A stretch of DNA of 64,000 nucleotides from Myxococcota bacterium (GCA_036149055.1 JAYZQJ010000133.1:32001-96000); one strand, 5' to 3'; positions 20,037 through 29,915 are shown, counted from the first letter of the stretch. The notes: a model not told the origin generated them from the sequence alone. Made by a program: numbers and translations.

Positions 20037-20081
20037 GGGCACGGGCACGGGCACGGGGATCACGCCGCGCGCGGCGTGATC
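20037..20081. terminator. (GGGCAC)x3 followed by a perfect 24-bp palindrome between convergent genes
   Basis: GATCACGCCGCGCGCGGCGTGATC at 20058-20081; no U-tract. Confidence 0.4.
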
Positions 20082-20676
20082 AGGCGTCGACCGCGGGGCT
20101 CTTGCCGTCGAGGACCGACGCGTAGACCTCGTGGCTGAGCTCGACCGGGCCCTCGCCCTTCGAGGCCGCGAGCGCGCCGAGCACCGAGAGGGTCTGCTCG
20201 ACGACCTCGTGGCGCACCGCGAGGCGGTGGTAGTCCTCCTCGCGCACCGGGCCGGTCGCCTCGAGGGAGCGGGTGACCGCCTCGCGGTCCTCGGGCATCA
20301 GCGCGAGGTGCGCCGCCCAGTCGGCGAGGGCCTGCCCGTGGAGCGCCTCGAGCACCACCCCGATGGGGTTGAGGCTGAGGAACACGCGCTCCCCCTCGAG
20401 CCGCCAGCCCTGGTAGTCCTCCTTCGGCGTGTGCCACCGGAACCCGGGCAGGGTGCGGCGGAGGACCTCGCCGAAGTAGGCGCCGGCGCAGGGAGCGACG
20501 AGGGCGACGACCTTCTCGTCCGGCACGCCGCCGTCCTCCTCGCGCAGGGAGATCAGGTAGTGGTCGAGGATCGGGAGCGTCTCCGCGGTGAAGTCGAGGT
20601 CGAAGCCGAGCTTCTCCTTGACCAGCCGGAAGGCGCCGAGCGCCAGGTCCTCGACGACGGCGGGGGTGTCGGACAT
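20080..20676 (-). CDS. Hypothetical protein (DUF3806-like motif)
   Basis: LDFTAETLPILDHYL...GAYFGEVLRR...W. Confidence 0.6.
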   Translation of the reverse strand: MSDTPAVVEDLALGAFRLVKEKLGFDLDFTAETLPILDHYLISLREEDGGVPDEKVVALVAPCAGAYFGEVLRRTLPGFRWHTPKEDYQGWRLEGERVFLSLNPIGVVLEALHGQALADWAAHLALMPEDREAVTRSLEATGPVREEDYHRLAVRHEVVEQTLSVLGALAASKGEGPVELSHEVYASVLDGKSPAVDA

Positions 20677-20803
20677 CGCGGCCGCAACGTAGCAGAAGCC
20701 GGCCGCCGCGCATGAAGGGCAGGATCCTGTAAGTCTCCGCGTAGGTCGGACCGTCCGGGGATCTGTGATACACGAACCGGATGTTTCGAGCCGGGCAGGA
20801 GCG

Positions 20804-23686
20804 ATGATGGCGGTAGGTGAGCCGAGTGGGGCGCGCGCCCAGCGCGCGGAAGAGCAGGAACCCTCCTACGAGGGCGCGCCGGGGCGAACCCGCCTCCGGT
20901 CCATTCACGTCCCGCTGCCCAGCGGCTTCGTGCGCACCGTCCAGGTGTACGACGTGGTCAATGTCGCCACCGATCCGAACCTGCGCGAGCCGGCGCTCGC
21001 CGGAGCGCTCCACCGCTTCGAGACCGGCGAGGTCCTCGCGGTGCCGTTCGTCTACCACGACCCGGGCGCCCGCAAGCTCGCGCTCGTGGTGCCGGAGGTG
21101 CTGCGGCATCAGGAGCTCGAGCTCCGGGCCAAGCTCCTGCTGGAGCTCGCCGAGCACGCCGATCAGCCGCTGCCGAGCTACGCCCGCGAGGCCACCTGCG
21201 TCATCGGCACCGCCGAGCTGCGCGGCTACCTCGAGCGGCCGAACACCACCGCCGCGCTCGGCGAGATCGTCGAGCTGCAGCGCGAGATCACCACCCGCGA
21301 GGCGCAGCTCGAGACGCGCGCCCAGGACGTGGAGATCCAGAGCGAGGCGCTCACCCAGCGCGAGGCGCGGCTCCACCAGCGGGCCGAGCAGGTCACGCGC
21401 CGCGAGGACGAGCTGCGCGCCTACGGCGAGGAGCTCGAGGCGGCGCAGGCGGACCTGGCGATGCGTGAGCAGGAGCTCGAGAGCCGCTTCGAGTCGCTGC
21501 GGCAGCGAGAGACCGCGCTCGAGGGCCGCGAGGCGGGGAGCCCGGCCGCGCTCCCCGGCGAGAAGACCGGCGTGACCTCGCCGGCCGCCATCGAGGCGGA
21601 CATCGCCGAGGAGGTGGTGCAGCTCGTCGACGACGAGGTCGAGCCGATGGAGGCCATCGAGGAGGTGGTCGAGGACGTCGACGACGTCGAGGAGCTCGAG
21701 CCCCTCGAGACCCACCCCGGCGAGGCGGAGAGCGACCTCGCGGACGAGGTCGAGATGATGGCCGACGCGTCGGTCGAGGCGGCGCCGATCGAGGAGATGC
21801 CGCTCGACGCGATCGAGGACGTCGAGGAGATCGTCGACGACGTCGAGGAGCTCGATGAGGTCGAGGCGATCGAGGAGGTCGAGGCGATCGAGGAGATCAC
21901 CGGCCTCCACGCCCACGAGATCGGCACCGACGAGAACGACCTCCGGCTCACCGAGTCCAAGACGACCATCTCCGACGGGCTGCCCGCCCGGAGCGAGCCG
22001 CCGCCCCCGCCGTCCGAGCCCGCGGTGAGCGCCGCGCCGCCCCCGCCCTCGGTCGCGCCGCCCGCCGGCTTCCTCACGCGCAAGCACGGGCCCGACGCCG
22101 AGGCGATCGACGAGAAGGGCACCGTGCGGATCTTCGCGCGCCTGCCGCAGGGCAAGCAGGAGTGCTTCCAGGACGGCGAGAAGGTCGACCTGCTCGCGCA
22201 GCTGGTGGTGCTCGACGAGTGCCCGGTCGTGCTGCTGAGCCTGGTGGAGGACGACGGCAAGCGGCCGGTGGTGCTGCGCGCGGCCCTCGACCCGCGGCGC
22301 AACGACGAGCGGCGGGTCATCGAGGACCTCCGCCGCACCTTCGGCGCCCGCGTCTCGCTCTTCGACGCGGACGGCGGCTACGTGCGCACCGTCGAGGTGG
22401 CGGCGCCGCGCGAGGTGAACGCGGCGCGCATCCTCGAGCGCGTCTCGAAGATGCGGACCGCCTCGGCGCTGGATCCGCAGACCGCGATCGAGCGGGTGCT
22501 CAGCGCCCCGCCGCCGGTGAAGGCGAAGGACCATCCGTTCCGGCCGGCGGAGGAGATCGAGGCGCCGAAGCACGCCGCGGCCGCCCGCGAGGCGCTCGCC
22601 AAGCTCGCCACCTGGAGCACCCACGACCAGATGGATCACGCGCTGCTCGTGCTCTCGATCCCGAAGGACGTGGTCGACGGCACCCTGCGCAAGGTCATCG
22701 AGCACGCGGTGGGCTACGGCCTGCCGCTCCCCGGCCGGCTGACCGAGCGGGCCATCTCGCTCGGGGTCGCCGCCGACGGCGCCGCGCTGATCACCAAGCA
22801 GATCACGGCGTTCGCCGAGACCAGCGGCTCGCTCGCCCAGGGGCAGCTGACCCCGGAGCAGGTGGCCGAGGCGTGGGAGCAGCTGCTCGAGCGGGCGGCC
22901 GAGAACGAGGTCGCGATCGACACCGAGACCCACGAGCTGGCGTGGCGCGCGATCCGCAAGGTCCGCGGCGACGACGGCTCGGTGGACGTCGACCCGGCGA
23001 AGCTGCCCGAGATGGGCGCGCCCGAGCTGCTGATGCTGCTCGAGCACCCGAAGTACCGCCGCGACGCGGCGATCGAGCTCGCCTCTCGCAAGGACGCCGC
23101 GCACGCCGAGACGCTCTGCAAGGCGGTGCGCAAGATGCCCCGCGCCGAGGTGGTGCGGGTGGTCCCGAAGATCGTCGAGATCGGCGACGGGGCCGGCGAC
23201 GCGCTCATCGACGGGCTCAACGCGCGCAAGACCTTCGTGCGCCAGGCCTTCGCCCTCTCGCTGGCCCACCTGAAGCTGCGCCGCGCGGTGGTGCCGCTCG
23301 TGCACCTGCTGGCCTCCGAGGAGAGCGACGTCTGGAAGGAGGTCGCCCGGGTGGTCGGCGCCTTCGGCACCGCGAGCCTCCGGAACGTGCAGCGGCAGCT
23401 CAAGGACCCGAAGGGCAAGCAGGAGCGCTACATCCTCACCCTCGCCCACCTCGCCAACCACGGCTGCGAGAAGCAGGTGCAGAAGCTCGCCTCGGACGAC
23501 CGCCCGAAGGTCGCGATGATGGCCAACGAGGCCCTGACGTTGCGGGAGAAAGCCAAGAAGACCGAGGCCGAGGTGCTCGGGCAGGCCGATCCGAGCGGCA
23601 AGGACGCGGTGATCGCGTTCTCCCGCCGCTTCTACGAGGTCCTCGAGGGCAAGGCGCCGGAGGCGGACCTCGAGGAGACGGATTGA
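20804..23686 (+). CDS. Large multidomain protein: CpXC-like N-domain, coiled coil, acidic tract, HEAT-like C-terminus
   Basis: AGGAG RBS; VNVATDPNLRE...FVYHDP; heptad EQELE/REARL region; D/E-rich tract; VRQAFALSLAHL...AVVPLVHLL HEAT-like repeats. Confidence 0.75.
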   Translation: MMAVGEPSGARAQRAEEQEPSYEGAPGRTRLRSIHVPLPSGFVRTVQVYDVVNVATDPNLREPALAGALHRFETGEVLAVPFVYHDPGARKLALVVPEVLRHQELELRAKLLLELAEHADQPLPSYAREATCVIGTAELRGYLERPNTTAALGEIVELQREITTREAQLETRAQDVEIQSEALTQREARLHQRAEQVTRREDELRAYGEELEAAQADLAMREQELESRFESLRQRETALEGREAGSPAALPGEKTGVTSPAAIEADIAEEVVQLVDDEVEPMEAIEEVVEDVDDVEELEPLETHPGEAESDLADEVEMMADASVEAAPIEEMPLDAIEDVEEIVDDVEELDEVEAIEEVEAIEEITGLHAHEIGTDENDLRLTESKTTISDGLPARSEPPPPPSEPAVSAAPPPPSVAPPAGFLTRKHGPDAEAIDEKGTVRIFARLPQGKQECFQDGEKVDLLAQLVVLDECPVVLLSLVEDDGKRPVVLRAALDPRRNDERRVIEDLRRTFGARVSLFDADGGYVRTVEVAAPREVNAARILERVSKMRTASALDPQTAIERVLSAPPPVKAKDHPFRPAEEIEAPKHAAAAREALAKLATWSTHDQMDHALLVLSIPKDVVDGTLRKVIEHAVGYGLPLPGRLTERAISLGVAADGAALITKQITAFAETSGSLAQGQLTPEQVAEAWEQLLERAAENEVAIDTETHELAWRAIRKVRGDDGSVDVDPAKLPEMGAPELLMLLEHPKYRRDAAIELASRKDAAHAETLCKAVRKMPRAEVVRVVPKIVEIGDGAGDALIDGLNARKTFVRQAFALSLAHLKLRRAVVPLVHLLASEESDVWKEVARVVGAFGTASLRNVQRQLKDPKGKQERYILTLAHLANHGCEKQVQKLASDDRPKVAMMANEALTLREKAKKTEAEVLGQADPSGKDAVIAFSRRFYEVLEGKAPEADLEETD

Positions 23687-23838
23687 GTCAGCTCACTCGG
23701 TTCGGCGATTTTTCTGACGCTTCGTCACGTTCGCCGCACACTGATCTGGGGTAAGCTGGCGGAAACGATAGTGATGGACAGTGGCGCGGTGAGGCTCTAT
23801 ACCCCTCCACTGGGTTCGGGGCGAGGCGCGCCCTCTGA

Positions 23839-24600
23839 ATGGCCATGCGGCTAGGCATCTTCAGCGACGTACACGCGAACATCGAGGCGCTCTCGGCGGT
23901 CATGGAGGCATACCGCTCCGAGAGCATCGACGAGTTCTATTGTCTCGGTGACGTCGTCGGCTACGGCGCCAGCCCCAACGAGTGCGCGGACATCATCCGC
24001 AACCAGGCCAAGGTCACCATCCTCGGCAACCACGACGCCGCCGTCGCGGGCCGGATGGACTACTCGTACTACTACGAGGCCGCCCGCCACGCGCTCGACC
24101 TGCACGCGCGCCGGCTGAAGCCCGAGAACATGAAGTGGCTCGAGACGCTGCCCTACCGGCACGACCTCGAGGACCACGGCGTCACCCTCTGCCACGGCTC
24201 GCCGGTCCGGCTCGAGGAGTTCGAGTACATCTTCGCGCCCGAGCAGGCGCGGGAGTGCCTCCCGATCCTCGACGACCTCGGCGACATCACGTTCATCGGC
24301 CACTCGCACCTCTGCAAGGTGTTCGCGCTGCGCGCCCCGGGCGCCGGCGGACCGGGCGAGGTCGAGGAGCTGCCGGCCCGCAAGTTCCAGCTCAAGGATG
24401 GCTACAAGTACATCGTGAGCGTGGGCTCGGTGGGTCAGCCCCGCGACTACGACAACCGCGCGAGCTACACGATCTTCGACACGGAGACGCGTGAGTTCGA
24501 GTTCAAGCGGGTCGAGTACGACATCGAAGCCGCCGCGATGAAGATCTTCGAGGGCGAGCTCGAGCGAAACTTCGGTCACCGCCTGTTCATCGGCGTGTGA
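23839..24600 (+). CDS. Metallophosphoesterase (calcineurin-like, MJ0912/YfcE type)
   Basis: SDVHAN, LGDVVGYG, GNHD, HGSP, GHSH, GSVGQPRD. Confidence 0.9.
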   Translation: MAMRLGIFSDVHANIEALSAVMEAYRSESIDEFYCLGDVVGYGASPNECADIIRNQAKVTILGNHDAAVAGRMDYSYYYEAARHALDLHARRLKPENMKWLETLPYRHDLEDHGVTLCHGSPVRLEEFEYIFAPEQARECLPILDDLGDITFIGHSHLCKVFALRAPGAGGPGEVEELPARKFQLKDGYKYIVSVGSVGQPRDYDNRASYTIFDTETREFEFKRVEYDIEAAAMKIFEGELERNFGHRLFIGV

Positions 24601-24606
24601 GCGGCG

Positions 24607-25842
24607 CTACTCGAGCGCCGTCAGCCTGAACAGCCCCTCCCACGGAGGCCTCCCGTCCGCGAGCGACAGGAGCGACGGGCGCTGCATCCGCCCCGCCGGC
24701 GCGACCCGCGGCGCCACCCCGGGCGGCAGCGAAGCTGCGACCGAGCGGCGCAGGGCCGCGTCCCCGGCGACGCCGAGCGTCTTCAGGTGCACGCCCAGCG
24801 AGCCCAGCGCGGCGCCGACTTGGCGCGCGTCCTCGAGGTCGAGGACCATCACGTTGCGCCAGCCCGGGCTGATCCGGAGCGCCGCGCGCCCCTCGTAGCT
24901 CACCGCCCAGCCGTCACCCTCGTGGAGCTCGCCCCGCGCCGCCGCGACCCCGCGCCACTGGATCTGGGCGGCGCCGACGTCGGCCGGCAGCGCGCCTCGC
25001 GGCAGATCCTCGGCCAGGCGCCCGAGCTGGGTCGCGAGCATCGACGCCCAGCGCCTCGCGTCGATCGCGCCTCCGCGCTCCACCCAGATCACGTGGGGCG
25101 ACATGCAGCCGCGCTGGTCGTAGGCCGCGACGTCGAGCGCGAAGGCGGTGGCGGCGGCGGCGGCCTCCGCCTCGTCGCCGAGCGCGCCGCGCGGCACCAG
25201 CCCCACGCCCAGCCCGTGGCCGTGCGGCACCAGGGTCGCGGTCGGAGAGAGGCGCTGCCGCACCGCGGTGAGGGTGGCGTCGCTGCCGTAGACCGAGACC
25301 ACGTCGGCGCGCGACATGAGCGCGCTCTCCAGGCTCGGGGTGCCGCCCGGGAAGGTGACGACCTCGCAGGCCTCGGCGAGCTCGAGGTCGATCTCGGCGA
25401 GCGCGGCCACGAAGAGCTGCGGCAAGACGTCGTCCTTGCTGGAGGCCTTCACGATCAGCGGCGAGCCGGCGAGCAGGGCCATCGAGCACGGCTGCACGCA
25501 GGCGGTGAAGACGTTGCCGGCGAGGATGAGCGCCGAGAGCCTGGCCGGGGAGAGCGCGGCGCCTTCGGCGGGCGTCATGCGGCGCGCGGCCTCGAGGTGC
25601 GCCGCCTCGTCCGCCTGCTCGAAGGTGGCGCGCAGCGCCCAGGCGATCATCGGCAGGCTGAGCCCGGTGGTCTCGGGGAGGCGCTCACGCGCGGCGCGAC
25701 CGGGCGCGCGCTCCGGATCGGCGATCAGGCCCCACGCCGCCGCCACGAGCGACGCGACCTCCTCGCGGGGCCGGGCCCGGAGCTGCGCCCCCGCGGAGAT
25801 CGCGGCCTCGACCCGGTCGCGGAGCTCCGCCTCACCGATCAC
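24607..25842 (-). CDS. LuxC-like acyl-CoA/acyl-protein reductase
   Basis: ILAGNV, VKASS, VYGSDAT, HGHGLG, YDQRGCMSPH (catalytic Cys position); GTG start overlapping the luxE-like stop region. Confidence 0.85.
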   Translation of the reverse strand: MIGEAELRDRVEAAISAGAQLRARPREEVASLVAAAWGLIADPERAPGRAARERLPETTGLSLPMIAWALRATFEQADEAAHLEAARRMTPAEGAALSPARLSALILAGNVFTACVQPCSMALLAGSPLIVKASSKDDVLPQLFVAALAEIDLELAEACEVVTFPGGTPSLESALMSRADVVSVYGSDATLTAVRQRLSPTATLVPHGHGLGVGLVPRGALGDEAEAAAAATAFALDVAAYDQRGCMSPHVIWVERGGAIDARRWASMLATQLGRLAEDLPRGALPADVGAAQIQWRGVAAARGELHEGDGWAVSYEGRAALRISPGWRNVMVLDLEDARQVGAALGSLGVHLKTLGVAGDAALRRSVAASLPPGVAPRVAPAGRMQRPSLLSLADGRPPWEGLFRLTALE

Positions 25843-26884
25843 CGAGGGCCTCCTCGATCGCGAGCGAGCAGCCGCGCGGGGTGGCGCCGCTGGCCCGACC
25901 GTGCAGCTCGAGCGTGTCGCCGCGCGCGCCATCGCGGCGGACGGTGGCGAGGTCGCTGGTCTGGATCCCGACCGCGGTGTCCAGGTTGGCGAGGTCGTCG
26001 ATGCGGAGCAGCCCCGGCTCTCCGTCGGGGCGCGGGGCGAGCGTCTCGGGATCGACGGCCACGCAGCGCACCCAGCCCGGGACGCCGTAGCGCCGCGGCG
26101 CCTCGGGCGCGCGCAGGGTGGTCTCGTACATCTGCGAGCTCAGCTCGGTCATGCCGTACTCGCCGACCACCCGGGCCTCGGGCACGCCGTAGCGCGCCGA
26201 GATCGCGGCCCGCAGCGCGTCGGGCGCGACCTCCCGCGAGCGGCCCTTGAAGCCGCCGGTCTGCATCACGAGGCTGCCCGCCGGCAGCGAGAAGGCGCGC
26301 TTCAGCGCGTCCTCGGCGAACACGAAGGCGAACGAGGTCCCCAGCACCGCGGTGGGCGCGTCGGTCTCGAGCGCCGCCTCGAGGGCGACGCAGTCGAGCC
26401 GGCCCTCCGAGAAGACCCAGCGGGCCTCGGTCCCGAACCAGTCGACGAAGCGCCCGAGCATGTAGCTGAGGGAGGAGTCCGGCGCCTCCTCGGGGTGCGG
26501 CGCGAGGAAGACCAGACGCATCGGCCCGGCGGAGAAGAGCGCGCGCGTGGCCTCCGCCTTCGCGGCCCGGTCGTAGAGGTCGAGCTCGCGCACGCACGAG
26601 GCGCCCCGCGCCCCGCTGGTCGTGCCCGAGGTGCGGAAGACGCGCGCGTCCTCCTCGGGCGGGTGCGCGGCGACCCGCACGTAGCGGAAGACGTCGGTCG
26701 GGACGGCGGGGAAGCCGAGCGGGTCCTCGCGGCGCTCGGCGAGCTTGGCGAGCGGCTTCACCCGCGTCCGCTGCCAGGCCGCCGCCTCGCTCAGGAGCGC
26801 GTCGCGGGCCGCGTCGTCCCGCGCGCCGTCGGCCAGGCGATCGATCAGGGCCGCGATCTTCGCGGCGAGCGCGGCGCGGCTCAC
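25832..26884 (-). CDS. LuxE-like acyl-protein synthetase
   Basis: FRTSGTT, SSLSYM, MQTGGFKGRSRE, EYGMTELSSQ, DLAN, IQTSDL, C-terminal PRGCS acylation Cys. Confidence 0.88.
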   Translation of the reverse strand: MSRAALAAKIAALIDRLADGARDDAARDALLSEAAAWQRTRVKPLAKLAERREDPLGFPAVPTDVFRYVRVAAHPPEEDARVFRTSGTTSGARGASCVRELDLYDRAAKAEATRALFSAGPMRLVFLAPHPEEAPDSSLSYMLGRFVDWFGTEARWVFSEGRLDCVALEAALETDAPTAVLGTSFAFVFAEDALKRAFSLPAGSLVMQTGGFKGRSREVAPDALRAAISARYGVPEARVVGEYGMTELSSQMYETTLRAPEAPRRYGVPGWVRCVAVDPETLAPRPDGEPGLLRIDDLANLDTAVGIQTSDLATVRRDGARGDTLELHGRASGATPRGCSLAIEEALGDR

Positions 26885-28173
26885 GACGACAGCCTCCGGG
26901 CGAGGGTCCGGGTGAAGGCGTCGAGCAGCGCCTCGTCGACGTTCAGGGGCGGGGTGAGCTGGAGGACCTCGGCGCGCGGGCCGGCGGGCAGGGTGATCCA
27001 GCCCTCGGCGAGCAGCTCGGCGACGAGCCGGAGCACCCGGGCGCCGTCGTGCAGCTCCACCCCGACCATCAGCCCGCGCCCGCGCACCTCCTTCACCGCG
27101 TCGAGGCCGCCGAGCGCCTCCCGCAGCGCGCCGGTCCAGCGCGCGCCGACCTCGGCCGCCCGGGCGGCGAGGCCGTCCCGCTCCAGGATCTCGAGGCTGG
27201 CGAGCGACGCGGCGCAGGCGAGCGGGTGGCCGCTGAAGGTGGCGGTGTGGATGGCGGCGCCGCGGGGATCGCCCCACGCGCGCATCACCTCGATGCCGCC
27301 GATGCACGCGCTGACCGGCAGGGTCCCGCCCATCGCCTTGCCCGCGCAGAGCAGATCGGGGACGACGCCGTCGGCCTCGTGCGCCCAGCGCCGCCCGGTG
27401 CGCCCGAGCCCGGTGAAGATCTCGTCGAAGACGAGCAGCGCGTCCCGCCGATCGCAGGCCTCGCGCAGCGCGCGGAGGAAGCCCTCGGGCGGGAAGCGCA
27501 GCCCGCCGCGGCCGAGGGCGGGCTCGACCACCACCGCGCCGACGTCGTCGGTGAAGTGGCGCTCCACGTCGAGCGCGCCCCACGGGGCGAAGCGGACGTG
27601 GGGGTTGAGCTGGGCCGCGAAGGGCTCGCGGAAGGGCGGCGCGAAGCCGCAGAGCGCGAGCGGGCCGTACATGAGCCCGTGGTAGCCGCCCTCGAACGCC
27701 AGCACGCCGGGCTTGCCGGTGTGGAGCACGGCGGTCTTCATCGCGGCGGCGAGGGCGTCGGCGCCGTTCTGACCGAGGATCACGCGCGCGTCGTCCATCG
27801 GGGCGAGCGCGGCGAGCCGCTCGAGCAGGCGGATCTTCGGCTCCGACGGGTGCACGTCGCCGAGCGCGTGGAGGAGCTTGCCCGCCTGCGCCCGCACCGC
27901 CTCGACCACCTCCGGGTGGCCGTGACCGACGGCGGCGACGCTGAAGCCGGCGATGAGATCCACGAAGACGTTCCCGTCGACGTCGACCACGTTCGCGCCC
28001 TTCGCCTCCGCCCAGACGATCGGATCGTTCGGCGCGCCCGCCCGCTCGGCCCGCCGCGCGCGGCGCTCGGTCAACGAGGGGCACTCCGTGCGCGCGAGGA
28101 CCTCCACCCAGCGGGCGGAGTCGGCGCCGGGGATCGGGCCCCGGATCTCCGGGAGGCGCTGGCCGAGCTCCAT
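26881..28173 (-). CDS. Class III PLP aminotransferase (GabT/ArgD-like)
   Basis: DVDGNVFVD, GHGHP, FEGGYHG, VEP, FDEIFTGLGRTG, PDLLCAGKAMGG, VRGRGLMVG. Confidence 0.9.
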   Translation of the reverse strand: MELGQRLPEIRGPIPGADSARWVEVLARTECPSLTERRARRAERAGAPNDPIVWAEAKGANVVDVDGNVFVDLIAGFSVAAVGHGHPEVVEAVRAQAGKLLHALGDVHPSEPKIRLLERLAALAPMDDARVILGQNGADALAAAMKTAVLHTGKPGVLAFEGGYHGLMYGPLALCGFAPPFREPFAAQLNPHVRFAPWGALDVERHFTDDVGAVVVEPALGRGGLRFPPEGFLRALREACDRRDALLVFDEIFTGLGRTGRRWAHEADGVVPDLLCAGKAMGGTLPVSACIGGIEVMRAWGDPRGAAIHTATFSGHPLACAASLASLEILERDGLAARAAEVGARWTGALREALGGLDAVKEVRGRGLMVGVELHDGARVLRLVAELLAEGWITLPAGPRAEVLQLTPPLNVDEALLDAFTRTLARRLSS

Positions 28174-28179
28174 GAGGCT

Positions 28180-28872
28180 CTACGTAGCAGCGTCGCGCCG
28201 TCCGAGCCCGAAGGCGGCCCCCTCCGGGTCCTCGCAGGCCGCGACGCGCAGCCCGTCGAGCGCGGTCGTGGGCGCGCCGATCACCCGCCCGCCCTCCGCC
28301 TCGACGCGCGCGAGGGCGGCGTCGAGGTCGTCCACCGGGGCGTGGAACAGCCAGTGCGGATGCACCCCGGGGAGTCGGCCGACTGTCTCGAGCACGGCCG
28401 TCTCGAGCACGGCCCCGGCGGAGCGCAGCGGCCAGACCGGACCCACGCCCGGCAGCGCCACCGGGTCTCCCACGTCGGCGGGCGTCAGGGCTCCGTAGAA
28501 CGCGGTCGCGCGGCGCGCGTCGTCGGTGTGCAGCGCGGCCCAGTCGAAGGGCCCGCGCGCGACCGGCGCCGCGTCGAGCCCGAACACCGCGCCGCCCGGA
28601 TCTCGGCAGACGGCCCGCGCCTCCGACACCGGCCCGAGGGTCAGGCCGCCGGCCGCCCGCACGCGCTCGACCGCCGCGGTCACGTCGGCCACCGCCAGCC
28701 GCCCCAGCCAGTGCGACGGCGCCCCCCGGGCCCGCGCCGGCCCCGGCAGCGGCTCGACCGCGATCTCGCCACCGAGCCGCTCCCCTTCGAACACCCTGCG
28801 ATAGAACCCGGCGGCGGCCGCCGGATCGATCGCCCGAAGCACGTGACCCGCGAAGCGCATGCCCGGAGCCAT
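28180..28872 (-). CDS. VOC/glyoxalase family protein (two domains)
   Basis: AAAGFY, DPGGAVFGL, GGRVI, DPEGAAFGL; GGAGG RBS. Confidence 0.8.
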   Translation of the reverse strand: MAPGMRFAGHVLRAIDPAAAAGFYRRVFEGERLGGEIAVEPLPGPARARGAPSHWLGRLAVADVTAAVERVRAAGGLTLGPVSEARAVCRDPGGAVFGLDAAPVARGPFDWAALHTDDARRATAFYGALTPADVGDPVALPGVGPVWPLRSAGAVLETAVLETVGRLPGVHPHWLFHAPVDDLDAALARVEAEGGRVIGAPTTALDGLRVAACEDPEGAAFGLGRRDAAT

Positions 28873-28991
28873 AGCCTCCCGACCGCGGCGCTCGCCACCC
28901 CCACCTCGGCGCCTCCTCGCTTCCGACCTTCCTCCCTTCCGGGGAGTCGGAGGCTTCCGAACCGCGAGCGACCGACGAAGGCGGGGGGCGC

Positions 28992-29915
28992 TCACCCCCC
29001 GAGGAACGGGTTCCCTGCGGCGTCGCGCGCCGGAGGCTCCTCGACCGCGACCTGGAGGGAGTCGATCCAGAGGACCTGGTCGCGGGGCGCGCCCTCGTTG
29101 CCGAACCAGGTGAAGATGTTGAGGCCTCGGGCGACGTCGGTCGCCTCCACGAGCGTGCGCTGACCGGTGGCCTCGCCGACGAGGGCGCCGTTCTTCCAGA
29201 CGCGGACGCGGCCCATGCCGCCCTCGTCCACCGGGAGCTCGTCGAGGTAGTAGTAGACCTCGTAGGTCTCCCAGGTGTCGCGCTGGACCTGTGTCTCGGG
29301 GGTGCCCCAGCGGCTCCAGCGGTGCGTGCCCTCGTAGATCCAGTGATGCGGCCGGGAGTCGTCGCGGCTGGCGAGGTACCAGTCGAGGTAGCCCCGCGAC
29401 TCCCCTCCGTCGGCGGCGAAGGTGCGCAGCCGGAGGAACTTCGAGCGGCCCTCGTTGAACTGCCAGTCCGAGGGCACGTAGAGCGCGATCCGGATCCAGA
29501 TCTCGTCGCCCTTCACGAGCTGACCGAGGCGGCGGTTCAGGATGCCGCCGAACGCGCCGAAGCCCTGGCGCCCCTCGGGGACCCCGAGCCGGCACGCGGT
29601 CGCGCCCTCGAAGACGTGGGTGTCGTCGCGCACGCTGAGCGAGAACGACTCGTCGAAGCCGTCCTCACCCCAGCAGCCCTCGCCGACCTCGCGGTCCTCG
29701 AAGTCGGCGTCGATCAGGAGCGTCGGCTCCGGGAGGACGCCCGCGTCCGGCTCGAAGCCGGCGTCGTCGGTCGCGCCCGCGTCGTCGCTGGCCCCGGCGT
29801 CGGAGGGCACGTCGACGAGGCCGGCGTCGTCGGGCGCGGCGGCGTCTCCCGCGCCGGGGGCGGTGCCGCAGCCGAGCGCGAGCACGATCCAGAGGGTCCG
29901 AGGCATGATGCGCAT
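28992..29915 (-). CDS. Secreted lipoprotein, polysaccharide lyase/ConA-like beta-sandwich
   Basis: LALGC lipobox, DAG linker, ADFE, EIWIRIALYVP, KFLR, WETYE, GRVRVWKNG, LWIDSL. Confidence 0.55.
   Translation of the reverse strand: MRIMPRTLWIVLALGCGTAPGAGDAAAPDDAGLVDVPSDAGASDDAGATDDAGFEPDAGVLPEPTLLIDADFEDREVGEGCWGEDGFDESFSLSVRDDTHVFEGATACRLGVPEGRQGFGAFGGILNRRLGQLVKGDEIWIRIALYVPSDWQFNEGRSKFLRLRTFAADGGESRGYLDWYLASRDDSRPHHWIYEGTHRWSRWGTPETQVQRDTWETYEVYYYLDELPVDEGGMGRVRVWKNGALVGEATGQRTLVEATDVARGLNIFTWFGNEGAPRDQVLWIDSLQVAVEEPPARDAAGNPFLGG

Noticed and set aside
20060..23461. Very long antisense or alternate-frame ORFs (also 1021-3378, 6115-8928, 40618-43239, 58077-61451 and the upstream part of 52928-56959)
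   Set aside because: Shadows of real genes. Stops are scarce in high-GC DNA, and the translations are R/G/A/P-rich or mirror the sense codons, with no motifs.
23716..23728. TGACG-CTT-CGTCA palindrome upstream of the phosphatase
   Set aside because: 5-bp arms, single occurrence, no cognate regulator evident.
24607..26884. Bioluminescence (lux) operon
   Set aside because: No luxA, luxB, luxD or luxG in the window.
28920..28953. Intergenic hairpin as an ncRNA
   Set aside because: Short GC stem with no recognisable family; expected by chance or a simple terminator.
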